A DNA stretch of 64,000 nucleotides from the NCBI GenBank assembly GCA_951406725.2, contig OX597820.1, positions 15,934,001-15,998,000 of the forward strand, in the 5' to 3' direction. The position numbers were made by a program, and so were the translations under genes. The DNA is from Octopus vulgaris. Lineage: Eukaryota. Position 1 is the stretch's first letter. Every line of letters starts with the position of its first letter. Shown one piece after another: positions 1-12,960 of this stretch. Under the pieces are notes generated by a model that saw only the letters and a program-made list of their open reading frames with translations, did no database searches and was not told the DNA's origin.

Positions 1-244
1 GTTTGGCATGGTTTTTATGGCCAGATGCCGTTCCTAACAGCAACGACTTTACAGAGTGTACTGGGTGTTTTTTTCATGCACTGCTAAGCACAAATGTTTC
101 AAGCAATGAAAAGTCAACAAAAAAATTGTAAATAAATAGTATTTTATTATAATATTTAAACATTAATGAAAGCTCATTTATAAATTTGTTACCAGTGAAT
201 GTCCAAACTTGTTCTGTTCCCCGGTAAGATAATGTTAGATATAT

Positions 245-1030
<786 letters not shown>

Positions 1031-1569
1031 AAAACAACAAAAAACATATGAACAGAATACAAACGGTAAATATGGAAATGCTTTTAACAGTTTCCTGTGA
1101 TGATTAAACCAAACAGAAGATGACCTTGTAGCGTTGTCAAAGAGAATGTTAAAAAAAAAAAAAGTGAGAGAGAGAGGTAAAGAGAGAATGAAAGAAATGG
1201 TAAAAAAAAATAATAAAAGTTTTAAAACAAGAGATGAAAAAAATTTTGTTAAGTTCCGAAACTGAAGGAGGGTTTACTGTTTGGTTATTAAAAATGCTTT
1301 GTTCCTCCCCACCCTTCACTCCACCCCACCCTGCCCGAATTTGCTCACTCAGTTTAGACTCAGAAGTGATTCTAAACAAAATATTAGTTCAGTAAAATGT
1401 ATCCACATTTATTGGCCTGCCCTTTCTCTCTGATTAAGACCCTCACTTGTTGGGAGGGATTTCTCTTTCACTGTCCTTCTTGGTTATTTAGTCTGTGGAT
1501 AACGGAAACGGATCCAAAGTTGGATTCAAAACAGGTGAAAAAAATAACACAATACAAAAAGAAATAACA

Positions 1570-1628
<59 letters not shown>

Positions 1629-1640
1629 TGATGTTCAATT

Positions 1641-2490
1641 TTAGGCCGATTCCGAGGTAACCATATTGTGTTTTTGTAAAGTTCTCATTGATAAATCTTG
1701 TGGTTCATCCTGTTCTTTGATTTTGATACCTAACGACCAGTTCGGTGAAGTTACTTTGTGGCATTCGTTCATCTGTGGACTAATTTTACTACTGTACTGT
1801 TCATAATAACTTTCTGTTTTTATGTCTGCCGGATGGATGAAGTTAGATGGCACCATAGCGCCATCTGTGTGTTTGTTATTGGTTTCTGTTGTTGTAGCTG
1901 ATGTAACGGGTATCGTTAAGGTGGTGGGTGTGATGGGAGCAGTAGTGGTGATGGGGCTGGTGCTTGTGTTAGTCATTAGCGATGGCAGTGATGGGGATGG
2001 TGTGCTCGGAACGGCTGGGATTACGGAAGGAGAGGAAGACCTCTTTATAAAGTCTGGATTTGGAAGGATAAATTTTGGCCTTGATTCGTTAAGATTTGAC
2101 GGTTTTGTTGAGTTTTCCACGGAAATCTGAGATATTTTTTTCATCAGTAAATTATCTTCTCCATTACCATTAACAACCATGGAGCAGTTCGTGAAAAAAT
2201 TTGTGCCATTTAAATCTTGAGAAGATGGCAGCAAAACAATGTTATTTGAGACTGTTTTGCTCGTGTGACAATTAACACCATTGTCTACAGAAGGTTCTCG
2301 AATCTCCGGTACCATATTATCCATCAAATGAGATGGTTGGTTCAACTGGTAGACGTTGTTTACATTGGCTTGTGACAATGACAGGTGCTTCACATACGAA
2401 GAATTTGTCATGGAATTGTATGAATCTGTCTTATACTGTGGTCGGGCACCACGCTGACCCTTCTTTATGTCTTTCGGTGGGTGCATAAAT
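1641..2490 (-). CDS. ETV6: ETV6-like terminal exon 8, long S/T/P-rich C-terminus ending ...PQDLSMRTLQKHNMVTSESA*
   Basis: tctttccag acceptor at 2491-2492. The phase completes RLTYQ-F, the end of the ETS domain. Open frame to TAA at 1641. Exon sum 1797 nt = 598 aa plus stop. Confidence 0.92.
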
Positions 2491-2941
2491 CTGGAAAGAA
2501 AGAAAAAAAATACAGATAAATATATTTAGATTATGAATTTCTATTTTTAAAAAAATGTTAAAGGCTCTCTTATTCTCTCTCTTTTACTCGTTTCAGTCAT
2601 TTGACTGCGGCCATGCTGGAGCACCACCTTTAGTCGAGCAAAACGACCCCAGGACTTATTCTTTGTAAGCCTAGTACTTATTCCATCGGTCTCTTTTGCC
2701 GAACTGCTAAGTTACAGGGATGTAAACACACCAGCATCAGTTGTCAAGCGATGTTGGTGGGGACAAACACACACACACACACATATAAATATATATATAT
2801 ATATATTTAAAAAATAGGATAAAATCTTAATAAGAAATCTTAACAAGAAATTATCGAGTAGTTAGCGTGAAAAACCCCATAAGAGAAAAAAACTGTAAAA
2901 AAAAAAAAATTAACAGTTTTTTCTCTTATATATATATATAT

Positions 2942-3133
2942 ATTTATTTTATAGAAAGAGCTTCTACAGGACTAGAACTGTTTCATTCAAATGAAATCAT
3001 CAGGCTTCCTGATGATTTCATTTGAATGAAACAGTTCTAGTCCTGTAGAAGCTCCTTCTATAAAATAAATTAATTTACTCTGCTATGTATTGAGTACCTT
3101 ATTTACTGTGGTTAACCCCGACTCAACCCGGGA

Positions 3134-3136
<3 letters not shown>
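2942..3136 (+). mobile_element. Penelope-like pseudo-LTR remnant: 63-bp near-perfect inverted repeat plus tail, between (TA)n tracts
   Basis: Arms 2942-3004 and 3008-3070 (1 mismatch) contain the hammerhead; flanked by (TA)n on both sides. Confidence 0.65.
3004..3052 (+). ncRNA. Type I hammerhead ribozyme motif
   Basis: Stem I GCTTC/GAAGC; CTGATGA; stem II TTCA/TGAA (closing pair is T-T); GAAA; stem III ACAG/CTGT; GUA cleavage triplet. Confidence 0.75.
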
Positions 3137-3201
<65 letters not shown>

Positions 3202-3749
3202 CAACATCCTTCAAGGTTTTCCTGTTTTTTAGGTGCATTGAGGGTTAATAACTTAATCAGTTGATGAAGGCCAATATTCATGAAGAACTCCTGAAACTGC
3301 TAAAAAGATGGGTTGAATTTACCATACTAAAATACTTGTGAGGCATTCATTTTGATGCTTCACCATTTTTTCTAAATACATCATCCTTACTCTCTTAAAT
3401 ATCATCATCATCAGCCACAGTATTGTCATTTAATGACCATTTTCCATAGTGGCATGGGGTGAGCAGTTTGACAGAGCCAGCTTTGGTAATGTTTCTACAG
3501 TTGGATGCTTGTCTCATGAAACTAGTACAAGTGAGGTCACTATGCAACTTGCTAGACAAGAGAAGAGCAGAAAAAGACTTAAATAAAAGCCCACTCCCCT
3601 TAACAAAGTGGGGGCAAGTATTCGAGAGGAGGACGATGGCTCTATGCCAGGTATCAAGAGGCTAGATGGAGAAGCAGAGATGTCTAGCTAAAGCAGAGAT
3701 ACATGGCAACCTAAAAAAAGGCAATATAAATAAAATGATTGAAACTTAC

Positions 3750-3993
3750 TGATATGTCAGCCGTTTTCCAGGTACTTTCCTGATGATATCCATTTTGTAA
3801 TAATAGCGTAGGGCACGTGAAAGCTTTTCGTAGGTCATGGTTGAACGGCTCTTCTGTGCCCCCCACAATTCAGCAAGGCCATGGGGGTTAACAATTCGAA
3901 ATATATACTGTTGTTCATCTTCCCAGCAAATGAAGCTGCTGTTTTTTTTGTTCAATAACAAATGGTAGATGAATTCCCATAGCAAGCGACAAT
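3750..3993 (-). CDS. ETV6: ETV6-like exon 7, ETS DNA-binding domain ([13 protein letters not shown]...[14 protein letters not shown]...RLTYQ)
   Basis: ETS signature (three Trp, [12 protein letters not shown]). DCRLLW and FRIV.P.GLA.LWG are typical of TEL/Yan. ttttgcag acceptor, GTAAGT donor (phase 2). Confidence 0.97.
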
Positions 3994-4206
3994 CTGCAAA
4001 AAAATTAGAAGGAAATATTTTTGAAACACTCTTATAAACAACATAGGTGCAGGCATGGCTGTGTGGTTTAAGAAGCTCACTTCACAACAATGTGGATTCA
4101 AGTTCAATCCCACTGTGCAGCACCTTGGGCAAGTGTCTTTCAAAAGCCTTTTGAAGGAATTTGATACATGGAAGCTGTGTGGAAGCCTGTTGTCTATAAA
4201 TATATC

Positions 4207-4241
<35 letters not shown>

Positions 4242-4754
4242 ATATGTGTGTAAATATATTTATATAAAGTTCATTCCCTTATTTCTTTATTGCCCACAAG
4301 GGGCTAAACGTAAAGAGGACAAACAAGGACAGACAAAGGGATTAAGATGATTATATCGACCCCAGTGCGTAACTGGTACTTAATTTATCAACCCCGAAAG
4401 GATGAAAGGCAAAGTCGACCTCGGAGGAATTTGAATTTGAACTCAGAATGTAACGGCAGACGAAATACCGCTAAGCATTTCGCCCGGTGTGCTAACGTTT
4501 CTGCCAGCTCATCGCCTTAACTAGCATTTCTGCCAGCTCGTCACCTGATAAAGTTCATTCCCCAGCTACTCAGATTTTCATGGATTAATTCAGGATATTT
4601 GAGTTGAATCATCAAAGTTTGATTTTATATAAGCAAATAATTTGCACAACATGTATTAAGTACCTCTTTTTCTCGTTTGGAATTCTAAACCCCACCACCA
4701 TCACCACACACATGATGGAAAGAGAAAAAGTAGGTATACATACATTTTTCTTAA

Positions 4755-4954
4755 CCTTTTAGCATTCAGATTTCTTTGTCAAAAATTTTGCTTATTTGTT
4801 CATATGGTTTTAAAACCAATCATGCATTATGGTGTTTTTGTATATTTTTAGAATGACATTGTAGGGTAGGTGTGAGAGGTTGGATGTGGTCAGTTTTAAC
4901 ATAAAACAGGTAGAATATTTGGGCAGGATAATGACTGGATTAAACACTAAAGGG
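4755..4954. mobile_element. piggyBac-like MITE
   Basis: TTAA|CCTTTTAG ... CTAAAGGG|TTAA. Confidence 0.55.
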
Positions 4955-5000
4955 TTAAATATTAAGATGTTCCTAAACAAATTAGTCTAAGACTACATAC

Positions 5001-5105
5001 CTGAGTCTCGCTTTGTTGTATGCATGCCATTTTGTGGTTCTGAATTTGTTTCAAAGTTGTTATTTTCTTTAGAATCGGCTTCTTGGAGATCTTGTGTTTC
5101 CATAT
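5001..5105 (-). CDS. ETV6: ETV6-like exon 6 (DMETQDLQEADSKENNNFETNSEPQNGMHTTKRDS)
   Basis: ttacag acceptor, GTATGT donor, 105 nt, phase 1-1. Splices to give DCRLLW at the start of the ETS domain. Confidence 0.85.
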
Positions 5106-5293
5106 CTGTAATATTGGAAAATAAACAACATTGAGCAGGAACAGGTAAAACATGTGACATAAAAAAGGGTAAGTTTGGACGATGATGGTTCCGGTTACGA
5201 CGATGAGGGTTTTGGTTGATCCAATCAACAGAAGAATAACATGCTTGTAAAATTAATGTGCAAGTGGCTGAGCACTCCACAGACATATGTACC

Positions 5294-5527
5294 TATTTCT
5301 TTACTACCCACAAGGGGCTAAACACAGAGAGGACAAACAAGGACAGACAAACGGATTAAGTCAATTATATCGACCCCAGTGCGTAACTGGTACTTATTTA
5401 ATCGACCCCGAAAGGATGAAAGGCAAAGTTGACCTCGGCAGAATGTGAACTCACAACGTAATGATAGACGAAATACCGCTACGCATTTCACTCGGTGGGC
5501 TAACGTTTCTGCCAGCTCGCCGCCTTA
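5294..5527 (-). mobile_element. SINE A nested in a SINE C copy, 15-bp TSD
   Basis: ACAGACATATGTACC duplicated at 5279-5293 and 5528-5542. Confidence 0.85.
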
Positions 5528-5793
5528 ACAGACATATGTACCCTTAACATAATTTTCAGGGAGATTCAGCGTGACACTGAACGTGATAAGGTTGGCCCTT
5601 TTGAATTACAGGTACTACTCATTTTTGCCAGCTGAGTAGACTGGGGCAATGTGAAATAAAGTGACTTGGTCATAGATACAAACATCACTGGGAATTGAAC
5701 TCATGACTATACGATTGCAAGCTAAATTCCCAAACCACTGAGTCATGTGCCTTCACTGATGATGACGATAGTGATGAAGATAAATAGATGAAA

Positions 5794-6030
5794 GGCAAAG
5801 TGGATCTCAGAGACAAAGTGGATCTCAGAGGCAAAGGGGATTGCAGAGGCAAAGTGGATCGCAGAGGCAAAGTGGATCTCAGGGGCAAAGGGGATCTCAG
5901 AGGCAAAGTGGATCTCAGGGGCAAAGTGGATCTCAGGGGCAAAGTGGATCTCAGGGGCAAAGAAGATCTCAGGGGCAAAGAAGATCTCAGGGGCAAAGTG
6001 GATCTCAGGGGCAAAGTGGATCTCAGAGGC
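5794..6030 (+). repeat. 18-bp minisatellite (~13 copies) GGCAAAGTGGATCTCAG(A/G)
   Basis: Direct periodicity; it produces the repetitive GKVDLR ORFs. Confidence 0.95.
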
Positions 6031-7444
6031 CTTGTTCCTAGAGTAGAAATAATTATTAAATATAATCTAATAGATTATATTTAATAATTATTTGATGGCA
6101 TAAAAGACACATGGACATATTAGCATATAAGATGCACCCTAATTTCAGCAGTTCATATTCAAGAAAAAATGTTTTTAGTGAATTAAAGCTTTTGGGAAGC
6201 TCAACTTCACATAAAGGATCTGGGGGAGATATCTTGTAACTTTTTCTTTAGAAAACAAGTCCATCAAATAAGCATGCCTTACAAAAAATGAGTTTTAATA
6301 CAAAAAATAGAAACATTATTTCTCATAGGTTTTGATATCCTAGAGGTTGCCAATTCTACAGAGGGTGTTTTTACAGCATTTAAAACACCTCTCAGAGTTC
6401 AAATACTGACAATCACCACCACCACCACCACCACCACCACCACCACCACCATCATCATTATCATCTAAATGTCCATTTTGCCATGCTTGCCTGGGTTAGA
6501 CGGATTTTATTGAGACAGATTTCCTACAGCTGGGTGCCCTTCCTATCACCAACCCTATGGCCAGAAATACTTTCACAGAATGTTGGAAAGGAACGACACT
6601 GCTTGTATGACAGTGACACTCATTTACAACAATCACATGATGTCAAGAGAAAGTCACACACACACACACACGCGCGCATACGCATGTATAGTGCCAATAT
6701 TGATAATGATAATTACTGCAGACACTCTACTAAGGAGTATAGGAGTGGTGTCTGTTATCAGCCAAACAGACTGAGATAACAGTTACTGAAAAACATATCC
6801 TGTATGTTTAAAGAGCTCATGAGGTCACCATTAAGAGTTTCATCAGTTTGTCATTTGAAAAATCAAGATTGCCTGAGTAGAACCATCCCTCTCTACTTGG
6901 GAATCAATTACAAAGGAGAAGATCTGTTAAGCCTTGTGAAATTGTAGTAGTGGCTGATGCTGGCGACATGTAACTGGCCCCCATGCAAAAAAGCACCTTT
7001 CAAGCCAAGTGAAATCATAGCTATGGCAGAAACTGGTGCCATGCAAATGGCACCCATGCTGGTGACACATAAAAGAACCCATTACACTCTTGGAGTGGTT
7101 GGCATTAGGAAGGATATTATGAAGGCTCCTGTGCAGGTGGCACGTAAAAAGCACCATTTGAGTGTGGCTGTTCCCAGTACTGCCTAACTGGCCCTCATGC
7201 CAGTGGCATGTAAAAGCACCCATTACACTCTTGGAGTCGTTGGCATTAGGAAGGATATCCAGCCATAGAAACCATGCCAAATGACACTGGAGTCTGGTGC
7301 AGCCCCTCAGTTTACCAGCCCTGGTCAAAGCATCTGACTCATACCAGCATAGACAATGGTCATTAAATGATGAAGATGATGTTGATAATGAAGAGAAGTG
7401 GAATTTACATTTGACGAATATTTGTCCTCATCTTGTTTTTTGTT

Positions 7445-7490
7445 AACACAACGTTTCGGCTGATATACCCTCCAGCCTTCTTCAGGTGTC
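7445..7490 (-). ncRNA. Minimal type I hammerhead ribozyme (palindromic stem III, dimer type)
   Basis: Minus strand reads GACAC-CTGAAGA-AGGCTGG AGGGTATA TCAGCC-GAAA-CG-TT-GTGTT. The AACGTT palindrome is typical of Penelope-element minimal hammerheads. Confidence 0.75.
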
Positions 7491-7641
7491 TTGGGGAAAT
7501 TTCGAACCTGGGTTCTCATTCCTAAGGTATTTTTCGATGTTATTATTATTATTATTATTGTTCAGATCACTGCTTGGAATCAAACTCAGAACTTTGGGGT
7601 TAGTAGCTCACGCTCTTAACCACTACGCCATATGTCCCCAA

Positions 7642-7687
7642 GACACCTGATGAAGGCTGGAAGGTATATCAGCTGAAACATTGTGTT
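7642..7687 (+). ncRNA. Second, inverted and decayed copy of the minimal hammerhead
   Basis: GACAC-CTGATGA-AGGCTGG...TCAGCT-GAAA-CA-TT-GTGTT. A CpG-type G>A change breaks the stem III palindrome. Confidence 0.55.
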
Positions 7688-7882
7688 AATAACAAACAAG
7701 ATGAAGATAAATATCCGCTAAATGTAAATAATGTACATAATTCCTCATCTCTTAAACATAGAACCGTAGAAGTAGAACTGTTTAACCAGAAATTGAAACT
7801 GCACAACATAATTGACAACAGGGCATCACCATTTTGCGGTGCTCCCTTCCATCAACAGTAATTTAGAAATGCAAGAACCTAC

Positions 7883-7957
7883 CTTCGTTGTCTGTAACAG
7901 AACTGGATTCTGATGGTACACTTTCGCCATCTGTACAGCTGGGTGGACTGGAAACAT
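7883..7957 (-). CDS. ETV6: ETV6-like exon 5, Ser/acidic linker (VSSPPSCTDGESVPSESSSVTDNE)
   Basis: Long pyrimidine tract plus cctcag acceptor, GTAGGT donor, 75 nt, phase 1-1, open frame. Not in the ORF track. Confidence 0.8.
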
Positions 7958-8241
7958 CTGAGGTAAAGAGAAAGTAAAAGTCAAATTAAATATCATTTAA
8001 TCATAATTTGTCTAATCATCATTGTCATCATCATTTTTTTTACTCATCATCCATATGTATATATATATACAACATTTAATAAAATGATGTAGTACGAAAT
8101 GATCGTACCAAATTACCGGAGTCATTCTTGTTGCTTATTTTGATTATAATCACCCCAAGGATTTTTATGGATAACACCATTCAAAATTCCGGTGTATCTA
8201 AATTAAATACCATATTCATTTGAATCTAAATTTTTGCTGAA

Positions 8242-8309
<68 letters not shown>

Positions 8310-9104
8310 TATGATCTGATCACATGATCAACCAGACTATTGGATGTTGTTATACATCACTGGTCACAATGCGCTTTGCATCATTCTAGCTTTGAGTGAT
8401 GCCACCCTACTGGCTAGAAAAGCAGGCCGACATTTCCCTGATCAGAAGACTAGTTGATTGTATGGTCACCCATTTACAGTTGAGTGGACTGGAGCAACAT
8501 GAAATAAAGTGTTTTGCTTAAGAACACAACATGCTGCTTAGTCCGGGAATTGAACCCACGGTCAAGCAGTTGTGAGAACAAGACCCTGACCACTAGGCCA
8601 TGTGCCTTCACATACATATACATACATATATGTATATACAAAAATAAGTTTTGAGTTAAGTGCAGCTTTTTTAAATGTGTTCTGTTTAAATGCATTCAAG
8701 CAGCAGCATTTCATGGACAAAAAATCCTGTTAAGATGTAGAGTGTTAACGAAAACACTATATACCTCAAAACCAGGTGAAATAAATAGCCCTGAAGGTGA
8801 ACAAGGATGATGAATATCAATACTTTGCTGTTATTTATGTTCCTTGGTATTGTTTATTCGAGTCACGCTTGAGATAAATTCAAATTTTATACCCTTTTGC
8901 TCAGCTCCTTATACAAACTACTCAAATAGATAAGCACAGGCATAGCTGTGTGGTTAAGAAAGCTCACTTTGCAACCACGCATTTTTGGGTTCAATCCTAC
9001 TTAGCAGCACATCGTGCTAGTATTTTCTATTATAGCCTGAGGCCAACTGAGGCATTGAGAGTGAATTTGTTAGACAGGAACTGTGTGGAACCTGCTTATA
9101 TGTT

Positions 9105-9135
<31 letters not shown>

Positions 9136-9334
9136 GGCTTCTTTTAGTTTCTTCTCCCAAATCCATTCACAAGGCTTTTCTTGACTCAGGGGTTAAAGTA
9201 GAAGACAGTGGAATTGAACCTGAAGCTATGAGATTGGGAAGTAAACTTTTAAAACCACACAACCCCATCAGTACCAAATAGTGATGCAAATAATACAACT
9301 TTTTTGATAGAACGGAAAATAAACTGGATCTTAC

Positions 9335-9508
9335 TTCTGAGGTTTGGAATGTTTTGCGAGTAGCATTCTGGGACTGACAATGAAGGTGCTGATTGAATAG
9401 GAGATAAAATAGGTACATTGAAATGGTGATTTGGTGCATTTTGAAGTGTTGGACTGCTTGGCATAATGATGAGTGACGGATGAACTTGTGGGATGGATGG
9501 AATAAAAT
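9335..9508 (-). CDS. ETV6: ETV6-like exon 4, Pro/Ser-rich linker (FIPSIPQVHP...NIPNLR)
   Basis: tctttgcag acceptor, GTAAGA donor, 174 nt, phase 1-1. Lies within ORF 9249..9530. Confidence 0.85.
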
Positions 9509-9603
9509 CTGCAAAGATGAAGAAATACAATTATAAGTCAAACAAGATTTATTTTCATTAAGTTTACATACACACACACACATAGAAAAGTGCATTTGAT
9601 TGA

Positions 9604-9640
<37 letters not shown>

Positions 9641-9641
<1 letters not shown>

Positions 9642-9826
9642 AATTAGAAAAAAACACCTTTTATCAATTCAAAATGAACAATTAAATTACACCATCTAGA
9701 AAATTACATATAATAGAAATATTAAATATAAAATTATTTAATATTTAATATTTCTATTATATGTAATTTTCTAGATGGTGTAATTTAATTCATTTTGAAT
9801 TGATAAAAGGTGGTTTTTTCTAATTT
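9641..9826. repeat. AT-rich ~90-bp-arm inverted repeat next to (TA)n
   Basis: aaattagaaaaaaacacctttt...ccatctagaaaattac mirrored by gtaattttctagatgg...aaaaggtggttttttctaattt. Confidence 0.85.
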
Positions 9827-9923
9827 TTATATATATATTATATTTTGTGAAATTTGATTTAGTATTTCTAAATTGAATTTTTCCCTGTAAGTTAGGAATA
9901 ATATTCCCTCAAATTATTTTTAT

Positions 9924-9984
<61 letters not shown>

Positions 9985-10102
9985 AAAGGTTTTAAAAAAT
10001 TCCTCCACATCTTAAGTTATAGCAAAAAATATAAAAAGAAGCAAAATGCACAGAAGTTTTATGTTGGATGATACTTGTGCGGTACCTTCCAATTTTACCT
10101 TG

Positions 10103-10139
<37 letters not shown>

Positions 10140-10142
<3 letters not shown>

Positions 10143-10396
10143 GGCATTATTACACATACATGCCACACGCTAAGAGGGACATTTGTCATTTCTACCAAAA
10201 AATTTTACTAATCATACCCAATGCAATTTTTTCAAAGCAAGACATTTAAAAAATGAATTTAGTCTTGTATCACCTGTGATTTCGTACTTACCGCAGTTGC
10301 GACCGTACTCATCAGCAAGACTGATTCTGAACATATCATAAATAAACGACCCCGTACCGTCAAAGCCGTGTGGCATGTATGTGTAATAATGCCCTC
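10140..10396. mobile_element. MITE with ~30-bp TIRs in a (TA) target (Tc1/mariner-like)
   Basis: gagggcattattacacatacatgccacacg and cgtgtggcatgtatgtgtaataatgccctc; TA flanks. Confidence 0.75.
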
Positions 10397-10523
10397 TATA
10401 TATAAATTAATATGTTCAATAAGAAAGAATTATTTTCGAAATTTTTCTCTTATGAGGTTTTTCACGCTATCTACCTGATAATTTCTTGTTAAGATTCCTT
10501 ATTAAGAAGTTATCCTTAATTGT

Positions 10524-10559
<36 letters not shown>

Positions 10560-10831
10560 TAGATAGATAGATATGTATGTATATGTATGTATATTATTTC
10601 ATAAGTATGTATATATATAAAACAAAGTAAAATTGGAAAGTATATATATATACACACACACACTTATGAAATAAAATATTTACATAGTCAACCAGTTTCA
10701 CATGTGCTAATCATGCCTAAGAAGTTAATGGTAATGTTACAATTTCATGCTATCATAAGAAGTATATGTATGTGTGTGTCCCCACTTTTCTGTTCATTTT
10801 TCCCGCATATGAATTTCTGATCAATACTTAC

Positions 10832-10939
10832 TTTTACTTGACTGTTTGATAAGGATCTGTAATGTGTTATAGAGGAGATCACCAACTTCTGGAGCTCTTT
10901 GCATGAAATCATCTCTGTTTAGGAGGCACACAGCACGAC
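10832..10939 (-). CDS. ETV6: ETV6-like exon 3, SAM/PNT domain C-half (GRAVCLLNRDDFMQRAPEVGDLLYNTLQILIKQSSK)
   Basis: ttttcag acceptor, GTAAGT donor, 108 nt, phase 1-1. Aligns by eye to the TEL PNT segment GKAL.LL...DF..R.P..GD.LY..LQ. Confidence 0.93.
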
Positions 10940-12960
10940 CTGAAAATAATATTGAAAGACAAATCATTAAATAGCGAGGTTAATGAAAGGAAACCCAAAG
11001 AAGAAAAAAAGAAAGAAAAATAACGCTTGACATACATACACGCATAAATATGCTTAACCCTTTTGTTACGGTATTTATTTTGAGATATTCTGTGTTTGTT
11101 TCAATTACTTTAAATCTAACAAAGGATTTAGTAAAATAACTAAAGTTTGGTGGAAGATTTTAATTCAAAACTTATGAAAACAAGACATTTCTCTACTCCA
11201 TGTTTAGCCCCTTGTAGGCCATAAAGAAATAAGAAGCTTGCCTCTTAACCATGTGGTTCCAGGTTCAGTCCCATGGTGTGGCACCTTGGGTGAGTGTCTT
11301 TTACTATAGCCTTGGGTTAAGCAAAGCCTTGTGAATGGATTTAGTAGAGGGAAACTGAAAGAAGCCCATTGTATATATATATATATATATATAAGTATGT
11401 ATGTATCTATGTATTTGTGTCTGTGTTTGTCTCCCCACCATTGCTTGACAACCAATATTAGTATGTTTACATCCCTGTAACCTAGCAGTTCAGCAAACGA
11501 GACTGAGAGAATAAGTACTACATTTACAATTCTTTCTGGTAAACTTGTCAAGGCAATGCCCCAGCATGGCCACAGTGAAAGACTGAAAGCAAGTCAAAGA
11601 TGAAAGATATACACACATATAACCATATACTACAAGAACACAAATAAACACAAACATATACATATGTGTGTGTGTGTGTGTCAGCGTGTGAGTATAGAAA
11701 TGTACACACATTTAATATACGACTAATTTTGTCTGACAAAACGTAGTGTCAAACCATTAAATATCAGTGACTTTTTTTTTATTCATTTTCTTTTTATAGA
11801 AGTTAGAGAATTAGGGACAATATTCCTGACATTTCCAGGCCCTTCCTGACAAGAGTGGTTAGGGGTGATTGATGCAGGGGCTACCCAATCTGAACATGTG
11901 CCTGTCATGTCTAATCAAAGTGTCTCTCATTACACTTTTAGTCTTTTCAGACACCCCCACACCCCTTTACACTGTTGTATCCACATTGTAGTACTGCCTT
12001 TACGGTGGTGGTGGTAGGAGGCCTATGTCTGTTGTAGTCAGGAAAAAAAAGGGGGTAAATTGAATTTAGGGTTTATAGATCTCCATATGCTTTCACAAAG
12101 TGAAAAATCAAACAATTGTGGCTGGAACTTTGTTTTCAGTGAATCTACCATGCATTTTGGTTCATCAAGAATGTACCATTGCTATGAGGCTGTATTGTTA
12201 AGAAATTCTAACAATTCAATCACATGGTGTCAGGTTCAATCCCACTTCAAAGCAACTTGAGAAAATATTTTCTAGCATACGAGCAGGTCGACCAAAACTT
12301 TGTAAGAGGATTTAGGGGACAGAAATTGAAACAATTAAGGCGGCGAGCTGGCAGCAATGTTAGCACGATGGGCAAAATATTAAGTATTTTCTCTGCCATT
12401 ACGTTCTGAGTTCAAATTTCGCCGAGGTCGACTTTGCCTTTCATCCTTTCAGGGTCAATAAATTAAGTACCAGTTATGCACTGGGGTCGATGTAATTGAC
12501 TTAATCCGTTTGTCTGTCCTTGTTTGTCCCCTCTATGTTTAGCCCCTTGTGGATAGTAAAGAAATAGATATTTCGTCTGCCACTACATTCTGAGTTCAAA
12601 TTCCGCCGAGATCGACTTTGCCTTTCATCCTTTCGAGGTCGATAAATTAAGTACCAGTTACGCACTGGGGTCGATGTAATCGACTTAATTCCTTTTGTCT
12701 GTCCTTGTTTGTCCCCTCTATGTTTAGCCCCTTGTGGGCAATAAAGAAATAAGAAACTGAAATAATTCTGTTGAGTGTGTGTGCATGCATGCATGTATGT
12801 GTATGTTTGTGTAAGTCCGTATGAATGTCAGTCTCTGAAAATAACTGAGTTACAAGCAGTGACATTGTTGTTGTTGTCTCTGTTAGCAAATTGTCCACTG
12901 GACTCACTCAATCACTCACACACGCTTTCATGAATATTTACAAAAAAGGTGAAATCTTAC

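Larger units (their letters stand above)
7404..7767. mobile_element. Composite element: tRNA-like head + (TAA)n + hammerhead-bearing Penelope-like repeat, with an inverted duplicate
   Basis: Inverted arms ~7404-7497 and ~7635-7728. Minus-strand A box TGGCGTAGTGG (7630-7620) and B-box-like GAGTTTGATTCC (7587-7576). Possible TSD AGAAGTGGAA/AGAAGTAGAA. Confidence 0.6.

Noticed and set aside
1408-1413. Minus-strand AATAAA as the gene's poly(A) signal
   Set aside because: The hexamer is common in AT-rich DNA, and the 3' end cannot be fixed without transcript data.
1822-2130. 102-aa + strand ORF
   Set aside because: Antisense shadow of the real terminal exon.
3256-3312. TTGATGA-AGG...CCT-GAAA hammerhead-like string
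   Set aside because: C3 is missing and I found no convincing stem I or stem III.
5685-6084. GKVDLR / LPLRST repeat proteins
   Set aside because: Intronic SINE-derived 18-bp minisatellite.
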